Below are positions 35,595 through 48,000 of a stretch of DNA of 64,000 bases, one piece after another. The position numbers and the translations under genes were made by a program. The notes under the pieces were generated by a model, which searched no databases, had not been told where the DNA came from, and saw only the letters and a program-made list of their open reading frames with translations. Source of the stretch: the human T2T-CHM13v2.0 reference genome, Homo sapiens; assembly GCF_009914755.1 (NCBI RefSeq), contig NC_060945.1. One strand, written 5' to 3'. Position 1 is the stretch's first letter; each line of letters begins with the position of its first letter.

Positions 35595-36680
35595 ATGTGG
35601 AAGAGTCCTACACAAGAATGTAAGTACCAGAGAATGAGATCTTTAGAAGTCATATTGGAGGTTGGCTACAAACAACTATCTTTTGGTTCCCAAAGAGCCA
35701 CATCCTCACCATATGCAAAATACAGTTGTGCCCTGCTAAAGCCTCCCAAACGTTTCATCCATTGCAACATTAGCTCAAAGTCCAGAATGTAACTATATAA
35801 ATCAGATCTAAGTGTGGATGTGTCCCTTAAGATGTTACTCCTTAAGAACAGCTCCTCTTGTACAGTTCCTCTTTATCTGAACTAAAGAGAAGTTACGTGA
35901 GCCAAATGTACCAAACATACTGTGGCTGGAAAGGCACAGAATATTTGCTATTGATCCTCCTGTTCAAAAAAAGGTGAAATTGGAGGCATATAGGGATTAC
36001 TAGTTATAGAATTTCTAAAATCCAGCATGGCAGTAGTTGACTGCTACTTAAGACTCAAGGCCTGGGAATAATATGCCATAGCTCTTAGATCCACATTCTT
36101 GGCTCTTGGTTGGCCTTCGGAATCATCCTTCCTATGCAGTAAAAGGTTTCTCATATTTTCAGCAGAGTAGTTTTTTCTGCCTGCTTTCTGCTTGTAGAAG
36201 TCTGGGAGTCCAAAAGCCTCTATTCGCTTTGTACTGTTTCTGTGTCTTTCAGTCCACACAAGCAGTGTTTGTCAATAAACATCTTAAATATTTTGTTCAT
36301 TAGATAAAAGCCACATCCAAAAATCTCTTTGAATTAGGCCATTCTCTACCTTGAGCTTCTGGTGAGATTGCTGAAGGACAATGCCCTTAAGATTTTTAGA
36401 CTTCCTGTTATCTGACTGAATGGTTCTTCAAGTCATAATCCTTAGGCTTCCTAAGGTCTTAATAAAGAATTTTACAGTTATACTTTGGCCTTGTCTTTTG
36501 ACCATATTTTATTGAGGGTGTCCTAGCTTTGGTCTTTACCTGGAAGCCTTTTCTTCATTTTATCATCATTTGTCCTCTGGATATTCATATGCAGCAATTC
36601 CAGGATCTTTTTTGTTTAATATTGTTTTCTTTAAATTATCTTTCTCCTCTCACATTTTAATTTTAGCAGTAGGAATAAAG
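35595..36680 (-). mobile_element. MLT1 LTR edge plus MLT1 internal region remnant
   Basis: LTR terminus 'gtcatattggaggttggctaca' followed by MaLR-int-like sequence. Confidence 0.55.
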
Positions 36681-37501
36681 AAGGTAACACTTTCCAAAAG
36701 AATCCAGTGATACCTTCAAGACTATCAAATAAGATTGTCACTTAATATTACTATCCAAAAACAATCAGCTATAATTATTGCTTAATTAAGGGAGAACCAT
36801 AATGCTCAATAATAATTTTGATGAATAAAGTAAATTGTTGAGCTTAGATAGAGATTTTTGAAGGGTTTGTTTTGGGATATACTGATGACAGAGGCAGGAA
36901 AAAGTTATCTTTAACATTAGCAGCTTGTTTTGTGCTGATTACAAAGGACTGATCATTAAAGTGAGGTTTCAGTCAGTGGTTAAACAGGTTTAAAACAAGT
37001 TCTAGAATATTTGTTATTATAGATTTTATTTTCAAACTATGTAAGCTCTAAAGCCTTTCAAAGTCATATTGTCAGTATTCTAACTTCCTTATTGTTAACA
37101 ATTTGATTTAAATCCCTTTACTATCGTACTGTTTCTTTTTAAACGTTTATCCTTTCCTTCATGCACCCAGGCAAATTTCTTTAAATTCATAATATCATTA
37201 GACTATTTTTATTCACTTTTCCCAGTTCTTTTTTTTTCCTACCACTCTTTATGAAACAAACAAAATCCATAGTAGGTCTTTCATTTATTTGGTTTCGAGC
37301 AGCTCAATCCATGATCCTTCTTCTTCAGCTCTGAAATAAGTTTAGATAGGTCTATGGGTCACCAGACTATATTTTCAAAGATGAACATCATGCTACGACA
37401 ATTTGCTTGAGAATAAAAATGTGATTCTATTAATCACATACTTCTAAAGTTTTCAATATGGATATAATACAGGCCAGAAAAACAATACAAAGAGACAAAA
37501 A

Positions 37502-39020
37502 CAGGGGTCACCAAACTTTCTGTAAAAGGCCAGATCATAAATATTTTAGACTTATAGGCCAAGGGAAAAAATCTAGGATATTATAAAAGCACTTATATAA
37601 CACTAAATAAAAATATTTATGAATTATTTCATTGATGAAATTTAAAATATAATAATGATTTAGCAAACAATTTTGTAATGTAAGTTTACTAATGGGAGGA
37701 ATTGAGTTTTTTTGTTAGGGGAGCCACCACTTCACTTAACTGAGTTTTGATGTTAGTGTTTCTGCCTTGAAAATTGATTGCAAATGTTCATCTGTTAATG
37801 CAGATATGTAATGACATTTTATGTATTTCATCTTTGGAAAGATCTTTTCAGACAGATAGTTACTACCAAATACAGATGTCAATCCACAAACATTATTTTA
37901 ATTGAGCATATTCATCATTTGGAATGCATTCAAAAAATTCTATTAGATTCTTCTCTTAATATTTACCTTTTAGCATGTCATTATAATTACTTCCAATTGA
38001 AGATGATATGGAAATTCCTCAATTGTACAGCTGGAGTTGGAAGTATGGAAATTACCTTTGCACAGATATTTAAGGTCAGAAAAACACTCCTGGAAATGTA
38101 GATTCAGTTTGGAAGTTATACATGTTGCAAATTTTTGTGTGCATGGAGGTCTCACTTTTTTTTTTTTTTTTACTTTTGGTAAATGTAAAAAACAGCTGGA
38201 CATTATTCGTGATTCAAACAAAGTTAGTTGTTATTAAAATAATTGTACCACACTATAAGTGTTTCATAGAAACACTGTAATTTTAGATTGAATTCATTAA
38301 GACACACTATGAAGTCTGCAGCAAAAGCTACTCTCCAAAGCATCCAGTATTTGCTAATGGTGGTTAAGGGTGGTCCTCCTCATTTAGAAATATTTCAATC
38401 TCAATCCTCACCTCAAAAATTCACAATAAAACTTTACCACCATGAAATTATCAAACTGATGTGTGGTAGGGAAATCGGGATATTCGGTTCCTGTTTGTGA
38501 CAAAAGTTCACAGAACCGATGATGGCTATGAAAGCAAATGAAGTTCACAATTGAAACTACTAGTCAGTAACATAGGATTGACTTCAACATCTTCTGCAAA
38601 TTACTGGCTGTTGACTAACACAGTACACATCCAGAGTCTTTAAGTACTATACATTTTCACAAGCTTTGTAAAATTTTCTTTCTCCACATATATTTTTACC
38701 AATGTTAGTGGGTAAAATTTGCAGATTCTGCTTCAGTTTGTACCAAGTTAATGTTTTCTCAAATTATTTGAAAATATCATTGCCAGTATTTGTTCCACAT
38801 AGACTATTTGTATAGGCTGTTCTTTAGTCACCTCAAAGTCAGCATGACTCATCCAGTGAACAAGGACTGGACGGTGTTCATAGTCTTTGCCCATTCATCA
38901 AGAGCCAAAGAAAGTCACTCAAAGTCATTTACATTGTTTTTAAACTCAGAATTGATATTGCTCCCAGTGTTCTTCACTCTTTGAGCAAATGTTCTCACCT
39001 AAAGTCTAATAGTCTTAATG
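37502..39020 (-). mobile_element. hAT-Charlie DNA transposon remnant (Cheshire/MER58 family) with decayed transposase
   Basis: MER58-like terminus 'caggggtcaccaaactttctgtaaaaggccagat'; minus-strand peptides such as SVFGSNYLSEKIFPKMKYIK...ALTDEHLQSI and LQLEVI resemble the Charlie/Buster transposase C-terminus. Confidence 0.75.
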
Positions 39021-39493
39021 TAAAACCATTTAATGGAAATGCCATTCTTAGCTCCCAGGCTGTACAATAATAGGTGATCTCTAGGCAAAAATATTTACCA
39101 AAGAAATCTCTTTTGATTAAAATGCAGCCAATTACCAGGTTCACAGTCCTGGAAGAATATAGTTTAGATCAATGTGACTAATCTTTTTTAAAAATAGTTA
39201 CATCTCTTTAAAGAAAGAAATACATTCACAATCTCTGAGAATTGATTTATAATGTTGTTTTCATGATGCTATTTATGTACAGTAATCAAGGGAGGCATAC
39301 ATTCTTACAGTTCTTCTATAATTATGAAATCCAAAATTTGGCTGGAAATTAAATGGAAACAATATGACAAAGCCAATGATATTCATATAAAATTAACTTA
39401 AAAGTGACAGACGATTTCTTTTCCTGAAACTAAAATGTTGCTTGTTATGAGAGTATAATTCTAACTCCTACAGTATATTAAAAAAATATTTAA

Positions 39494-39589
39494 CATGTCT
39501 TCATTTCCATGATAAACAGATTCTCCCAAGGCCCTTCTCTCTTTTCAGAAAACTTAATTCATATGGTATAACTTGATATAATTTGGCTT
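39494..39589 (+). repeat. Local direct duplication, copy 1 (96 bp)
   Basis: 89/96 identical, ungapped, to 42504-42599. Confidence 0.93.
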
Positions 39590-39957
39590 TTACTTTGTGT
39601 GAATGCATCAGTTAAGTATTATATGGGTATCTGTTTTCTCATGAGCTTACACAAGTAAGGTGGTATCATTAGAGCTTCCATATAAAGAAATACAGACCAG
39701 AAACCAGTATTGGTGCTTATGCAACTGATGATTTTTAGATCATGATCAGTATGATAATAAAACAGTTAACAATCTAAAAACAATATTCAGAGCACACAGA
39801 GTCTCTGATGAAAAACTCATGTAGATTGCATTAGTGTCAATTATACATAGAACAATATAGACCATCATTTCAAAAGGTAGTTATCCATATTTGATGGTCA
39901 GTTTTTCCTTGTATTGAGGTGACTCTGAAATAGACCAATTGCTTGGTAAATCAACTA

Positions 39958-40910
39958 TTTTATTTTATTATTTTATTTTCCATAAGTTATTGGGGTACGG
40001 GTATATTTGGCTACATGAGTAAGTTCTTCAGTGGAGATTCATGAGATCCTGGTGCACCCATCATCCAAGCAGTATACACTGCATCATATTTGTTGTCTTT
40101 TATCCCTTGCTCCCCTCCCACTCTTCCCCCCAAGTTCCCGAAGTCCATTATATCATTTTTATGCCTTTGTGTCCTCATAGCTTAGCTCCCACATATCATT
40201 GACAACATATGATCTTTGGTTTTCCATTCTTGAGTTACCTCACTTAGAATAATAGTCTCCAATCTCAACCAGGTCATTGCAAATGCTATTAATTCATTCC
40301 TTTTTATGGCTGAGTAGTATTCCACAGTTTCTTTACCCACTCCTTGATCAATAGGCACTTGGGTTGGTTCCACAATTTTGCATTTGTGAATTGTGTTGCT
40401 ATAAACATGAGTGTGCAAGTATATTTTTCAAATAATGGCTTCTTTTCCTCTGGGTAGATACCCAGTAGTGGGATTGCTGGATCAAATGGTAGTTCTATTT
40501 TTAGTTCTTTAAGAAATCTCCACACTGTTTTCTGTGGTGGCTATACTAGCTTACAATCCCACCAGCAGTGTAGAAGTGTTCCCTCATCACTGCACCCACG
40601 CCAACATCTCCTATTTTTCTATTTTTTGATTATGGCCATTTTTGCAGGAGTACGATAATTTTTTGACTATGACTTTTTTGCAGGAATACAGTGGTATCAC
40701 TTTGTGGTTTTGATTTGCATCTCCCTGATCATTAGTGAAGTTGAGCATTTTTTCAAATGTTTGTTGACCGTTAGTTTATCTTCTTTTGAGAATTGTCTAT
40801 TCATGTCCTTAGCCCACTTTTTGATGGGATTGTTTTATTCTTATTGATTTGTTTGAGTTTGTCGTAGATTCTGGATATTAGTCCTTTGTCAGATGTATAG
40901 ATTATGAAGA
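39958..40910 (-). mobile_element. L1PB1-like 5'-truncated element
   Basis: L1PB-type 3'UTR 'ccataagttattggggtac'; 12-bp TSD gtaaatcaacta at 39946-39957 and 40911-40922. Confidence 0.88.
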
Positions 40911-41084
40911 GTAAATCAACTACTGACCCTTATTTAGGCAGTGTGGTTTATATTCTGAAAATGACTCACAGATTTTGAAAAAATTACATAAAATTTTTAT
41001 AATTTTATAATTTTATTTCCGTCACACTTTCTCTGCATTTTTGCCATAAAATTTTCTTAAACTAAATGAATTTGAATAACTGCC

Positions 41085-41200
41085 CTGTGATTTACTTAGG
41101 AAAATTGCTTGTGTATCTGTTTCCTCATTTGTAAAATAAAAATAACAAAACCTTGTTCTTAAGATTGTTTAAAGGACTCAGTGAGAAACATTTGAAAGTC
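41085..41200 (+). mobile_element. MIR
   Basis: Core 'ctgtttcctcatttgtaaaat...aagattgtttaaaggactcagtgaga'. Confidence 0.7.
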
Positions 41201-42503
41201 CCTATAATCTGGCAGATGTCAGAAATATGAGTTTCCTTCCTTTCTTGACACCAGTGAGTGTAACAGAAAAGTAATAGAAATAATGCTTTAGTTAATTTTG
41301 GTTAGAAATAACCATGACTTTTGTCTCTACAGATCCTTGAATAGATGAGTTTTAAAGTCTGATTCATTCTTTAAAGTCTTTATTAATTCAATGGCATAAT
41401 AAAAACCTCACAGATAGAAGCCATCTTTTTATATCTCGCATTTTGATACCGTATCAAACCATTTTCCAGGTACCATTTAACTCACTCAATTGAGAAAGAC
41501 TGCATGCCTAGATTGCTGAAGACTTTTATTCCTTTCACAATCAGTTAACATTGGGAAGAAGTGCTTCGCAATAGTATACATGATGTAGTGTAAGGTAGAA
41601 TAGCACTTAACCATGGCATAAATTCAATTATAATGTGTCTTATATTATAAGGTATAACTAGGCAAAAATTAGATTCTAATTTTAGTTTATATAATTACTG
41701 TGATAAAAGATGTATTATAATGTTTAAGTACTGAGATTTTTTTTCTGGGTTTTTGCATTCCGATTCTCTATTATAGTTTTTTCTTCCCGTGGTGGTTTTC
41801 TGTCCTATCCTCCCTTTATAAAGTTGCAATACACATTTTAAAATGCAATTTCTGCATAGTTCCATTTTCTATGAAAGAGCAAACAGTTCAGCTAGGAAAA
41901 GAGAACAATATCAGCCTTTAGATAGTGTGGGCAAAACTGAGAGTCACTTCCCTTTCAGCTCAGCTTTGATTTCAAGTTACTTAAACTCTACCTGAAAACG
42001 CTTTTGTGTCATATACTTGTACGATGTAAATATCATCCAAATTAAAAATGTTAAAGCCTCAATGTCTTCTTTAAGTATTTATGAAAATAAAACAAGAAAC
42101 TATTTCTGATTATATTATCAATATTGAAAAGGAATGGTCAGTAAATATATGACATTTTATAGTCTTTGATCAAGAAAAGAGGAAGGTAATTTGAAAGTGT
42201 TTGTGTTGTATTTCTAACCTTATCTGCTGGAATTTATGTGTTATCTGTTGGAATTGCCAGCATATATAAGGCTATATGTTTTAAATAGCTGATTTGTTAA
42301 AGAGCCATCGAAAATATGAGTTTGAAAATAACAAAGGAATTTAATACTACTTAATAAATATTTTAGGGTTAAAAATAAGTGTTACATTTTCTTTAGTGGC
42401 ATATTTAAAAAGTTTCATCTCTTATTTATATCTCACAGTTTCAACACTTTACTGCAAACTTTAAATACTCATGGCAGGAACTTAGCATGAACAAAACAGT
42501 TTG

Positions 42504-42599
42504 CATGTCCTTATTTCCATGATAAACAAATTTTCCCAAGGCCCTTCTCTCTTTTCACAAAACTTAATTCATAGGGTATAACTTGATATCATTTGGCTT
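42504..42599 (+). repeat. Local direct duplication, copy 2 (96 bp)
   Basis: 89/96 identical to 39494-39589. Confidence 0.93.
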
Positions 42600-45084
42600 G
42601 ATATCATGTTCTATGTTTATCTTTTGTGAAGTTCCAGTCATATCTGAGTAAACATTTTCTCTCTTTTTAAAACCATTTGACAGAATTAAATGCACTGGGT
42701 TTTTATTCCTTCAATGTGTTATCACAATCTTTTTTTAAAAACTTATTCGATATCTAAGATCTGATGTACTTTAAGAAGTTCTTTTATTTGTGTTTTTGGT
42801 AATCTGTTTGTGTGTGTGCATGTGTTTTGTTTGTTTGTTTGTTTTAGCAAAACCTAAAAACTTCTTTGACTAAAAGAAACTTGCCTTGACAATAAATAAA
42901 AGATTATTTAGCTCTTATTCAAATTTTAAAAAACAAGTTTTGAAGTCAGTCCTTTTTATTCTGTTATTTGGTAATTATAGTAATACATTAAATTAATTCA
43001 GTCTTTATTTAGATTTTAGAGGACTCTTAGAAGTATTCCTTTTTTAAAACATGCACACTTTTTATGGTCATTATGGCTATTTTGTAATAAAGAAATGAAA
43101 GTGTGACTTGTTTGTAGTTACATAGTCCTGATTAGTGGAAAACCGGTCCTCCGATTCTCAAATCACCTCTTTCCACAAGACTTCACTGCCACGTCTGACC
43201 TCCAACTTGTTTTTGTTGCAAAATTTCCTTTTCATGTCGCCGGGTAAGCAAGGGTAACATAGCTCTCTGTGTTTTTGCAGCTTAGGGAAGTGAAATGAAG
43301 GGGTCATCAGAGTCAAGATGACAGTGGGATACTTAGTGCTTTCCTCATCAGGCTGCAGGTTAGCCCTTTCAGCCCTGCTGCCTTTGAAAACACACTTGAA
43401 AGTAACCCCTTCCACTCCAAGTGTTCAAAGATGAGCAAATCTTGTGGCGTTTACTAAACATAAAGAGTCATCAGCTTTACATGATCAGTTTGCAAAGAGA
43501 AAAGGGTGTGTAAGAGAAAAGAGTGTGTGTTAATGTGTCTCTTATGGCTTTCAGAATGTGGTGAAAAAGAAAACATGTAATCACAAGTAATTAATAAATA
43601 TCTATGCAGATAAAGGAGATAACAAATGGATAAGGGGGTGATTAGTGGTTACCCTGTTTTCTTTTGTCTCAATTATTAAAAAAAGTTTTTTTCATAAATA
43701 AATGGAAGAGCATATTAAAATTTCTCCACAATTATTTTCAACCCTCAAACTGTATTGTTAGGAAAGTATTTTTATAAAACCAGTAAAGGCACTAGAACTT
43801 GTTTACAGAACTAACCTATTTAGAATGAATACTACAAAAACATGCAAAAGAAATGTGTATTGTTCTGAAACTAAAGCTCAGGAACAATATAAATGAAGAA
43901 ACATCAAAGTAAGAAATGTTATCTCAACCAAATATGAGTCACTTACCATAACTTTGCCTATTGGATTTTAAAACTAGGGTTCTCTCACGTGTGGGTAGCA
44001 ATTTAGAAAGCAGCACTGTGTCCCAAAAGATTTCCTTTCCAGAAAAATATCATTAAAATATGTCTTCCTAGTAGAATCCCTGCTAATAAGATTAGAATAC
44101 ACCAGATAATTGTAGTAACTAATAAAGTCATGTTTTATATGGATACTAGCAGATTTCAGTAACTAAAGACTCATGTGCAATAAATATCCTAGGCAATTGA
44201 AGTCTTGTAACTGTAAACTCATGCATCTTTTCAAAGAAAATTCTAGCGTAAAGTATTGATTTTATAAACAATAACATCTTTATACACATTCATGGCATTG
44301 CAATTCAATTTTTTCCATATGTAATATTTTATTTGCTGAACTGTCAGAGTTTAAGTGCTGTGCAAAGCAGACATTTTCTGAAATTCACTTTACAATTTAA
44401 GATAAACTTCACTCCTCTTCTTCCCCACTCTTGTATCCATCTATTTTTGTCCAAATCATTCAAATAAAAACTATTTAGACTGAACTAAAGTTAAAGAATA
44501 AAGGAAGAATGGGTATGGTTGACAAAGGCAGCCTCTGTCCCATTATCATTATTCCTCTAAGTCAGCTTTTTGTACTATCCTTTACTCAGATTCCAAAAGT
44601 ACAATTCCTGGATCCTATGTTGGTTACAGGTTTAGTTCCATTAACAACTGCCAAACTGTTTTAAAGAGTGTTTGTGTGTTTTTTACATTCCCATCAGCAA
44701 TGTATGAGTGATCCTGCTTCTTCGCATGCTTGTTAATATTTGATGTCACCATTTTTTATTTTAGTCATTCTGAGAGGTATGTACTGATATTTCACTTTGA
44801 TTTTAATTTTTATTTCCCTAATTGCTAATGATGTTTTCCTATACTTATTTGCTCTCTCTACATGGGATATACATACGTATCTATATATTCATATCTGTTA
44901 TCTGTTTTCTGATTGGGTTGTTTTGTTACTGTTGAGTTTGAGAGTTGTTTATATATCCTAGATACTAAACCTTTATTGGATAAGCAGTTTGCAAATACTT
45001 TTGCCCAACTGTAGCTTGTCTTTTCGTTCTAACAAAGTTTCTTAACATAGGAAATGTTTTTAATTACAATTTGGTCTAATTTTG

Positions 45085-48000
45085 TTTTTATCTTTCATTT
45101 TTAAGTTCAGGGATACATGTGCAAGTTTGTTACATAGGTAAAGTTGTGTCATGGGGATTTGTTGCACAGTTTATTTCATCACCCAGGTATTAAGCCCAGT
45201 ACACATTAGTTATTTCTCGTGATCTTCTTCCTCCTTTCACCCTTCACCCTCCAATAGACCCCACTGTGTGTTGTTCTCCACTATGCATCCATGTGTTCTC
45301 ATCATTTAGCTCCCACTTATAAGTTAGAACATTCAGTATTTGGTTTTCTGTTCCTGTGTTAGTTTGCTAAGGACAATGGCCTCCAGCTCCATCCATGTTT
45401 CTGCAAAGGAAATGACTTTGTTCTCTTTTGTGGCTGCATAATATTCCATAGTGTACATGTACCATATTTTTCTACTGCAAAAATGTTCTCCCATTCTGTA
45501 GGTTGCCTGTTCACTCTGGTGACAGTATTTTTGCTGTGCAGAAGCTCTTTAGTTTAATTAGATCTCATTTGTCTTTTGTTGCCATTGCTTTTGGTGTTTT
45601 AGTAATGAAGTCTTTGCCCATGCCTATGTCCTGAATGGTATTGCCTAGGTTTTCTTCTAGGGTTTTTCTGGTTTTAGGTCTTACATTTAAGGCTTTAATC
45701 CATCTTGAGTTAGTTTTTGTATAAGGTGTAAGAAAGGGGTCCAGTTTCAGCTTTCTGCATATGGCTAGCCAGTTTTCCCAAAACCATTTATTAAATAGGG
45801 AATCCTTTCCCCATTGCTTGTTTTTGTCAGGTTTGTCAAAGATCAAATGAGTGTAGATGTGTGGCATTATTTCTGAGGCCTCTGTTCTGTTCCATTGGTC
45901 TATATGTCTGTTTTGGTACCAGTACCATGCTGTTTTGGTTACTGTAGCCTTGTAGTATAGTTTGAAGTCAGGTAGTGTGTTGCCTCCTGCTTTGTTCTTT
46001 TTGCTTAGAATTGTCTTGGCTATTCGGGCTATTTTTTGGCTCCATATGAAATTTAAAGTAGTTTTTCTAATTCTGTGAAGAAAGTCAATGGTAGCTTAAT
46101 GGGGATAGCATTGAATCTATAAATTACTTTGGGCAGTATGGCCATTTTCATGATATTGATTCTTCCTATCCTTGAGCATGGAATGTTTTTCCATTTGCTT
46201 GTGTCCTCTCTTATTTCCTTGAGCAGTGGTTTGTAGTTCTCCTTGAAGAGGTCCTTCACATCCCTTATAAGTTGGATTCCTAGGTATTTTATTCTCTTTG
46301 TAGCAATTGTCAATGGGAGTTCACTCATGATTTGGCTCTGTTTGTCTATTATTGGCATATAGGAATTCTTGTGATTTTTGCACATTGATTTTATATTCTG
46401 AGACTTTGCTGAAATTGATTATCAGCTTAATGAGTTTTTGCGCTGAGACAATGGGGTTTTTAAACTATACAATCATGTCATCTGCAAACAGAGATAATTT
46501 GACTCCCTCTCCTCCTATTTGAATACCTTCATTTCTTTCTCTTGCCTGATTGCCCTGGCCAGAACTTCCATTGCTATGTTGAATGGGAGTGGTGAGAGAG
46601 GGCATCCTTGTCTTGTGCTGCTTTTCAAAGGGAATGCTTCCAACTTTTGCCCATTCAGTATGATATTGGCTGTGAGTTTGTCATAGATAGCTCTTATTAT
46701 TTTGAGATATGTTCCATCAATACCTAGTTTATTGAGTGTTTTTAGCATGAAGGAGTGTTGAATTTTGTCGAAGGTATTTTCTGCATCTATTGAGATAATC
46801 ATGTGGTTTTTGTCATTGGTTCTGTTTAGGTCTCTAAGGGGTCCAGTTTCAATTTGCATATGTTGAACCAGCCTTGCATCCCAAGGATTTGCATATGTCA
46901 AACCACCTTTGCATCCCAGGGATGAAGCCAACTTGATCGTGGTGGATAAACTTTCTGATGTGCTGCTGGATTTGGTTTGCCAGTATTTTATTGAGAATTT
47001 TTGCGTCAATGTTCATCAGAGATATTGGCCTGAAATTTTCTTTTTTTGTTGTGTCTCTGCCCAGTTTGGGTATCAGGATGATGCTGGCCTCATAAAATGA
47101 GTTAGAGAGGAGTCTCTCTTTTTCTATTGTTTGGAATAGTTTCAGAAGGAATGGTACCATTTCCTCTTTGTACCTCTGGTAGAATTTGGCTGTGAATCAA
47201 TCTGGTCCTGGGCATTTTTTGGTTGGTAGGTTATTAATTACTGCCTCAATTTCAGAACTTGTTATTTGTCTATTCAGGGATTCAACTTCTTCCTTGTTTA
47301 GTCTTGGGAGGGTGTATGTGTCCAGGAATTTATCCATTTCTTCTAGATTTTCTAGTTTATTTTCATAGAGGTGTTTATAGTATTCTCTGATGGTGGTTTG
47401 TGTTTCTGTGGGGTCAGTGGTGATGTCCCCTTCATTATTTTTTATTGTGTCTATTTGATTCTTCTCTCTTTTCTTCTTTGTTAGTCTGGCTAGGGGTCTA
47501 TCTATTTTGTTGATCTTTTCAAAAAACCAGCTCCTGGATTCATTGATTTTTTTGAAGGGTTTTTTGTGTCTCTATCTCCTTCAGTTCTGCTCTGATCCTG
47601 GTTATTTCTTGTCTTCTGCCAGCTTTTGAATGTGTTTGCTCTTCCTTCTCTAGTTCTTTTAGTTGTGATGTTAGGGTGTCAATTTTAGATCTTTCCTGCT
47701 TTCTCCTGTGGGCATTTAGTACTATAAATTTCCTCCTGAACGCTGCTTTAGCTGTGTCCCAGAGATTCTGGCATGTTATGTCTTTGTTCTCATTGGTTTC
47801 AAAGAACTTATTTATTTCTGCCTTAATTTCATTATTTACCCCGTAGTCATTCAAAAGCAGGTTGTTCAGTTTCCATGTATTTGTGCGGTTTTGAGTTTCT
47901 TAATCCTGAGTTCCAATTTGATCTCACTGTGGTTTGAGATGATGTTTGTTATGATTTCTATTCTTTTATATTTGCTGAGGAGTGTTTTACTTTCAATTAT

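Noticed and set aside
40621-40690. Roughly 36-bp tandem duplication inside L1PB1
   Set aside because: Real, but an ordinary slippage-type duplication in a dead repeat
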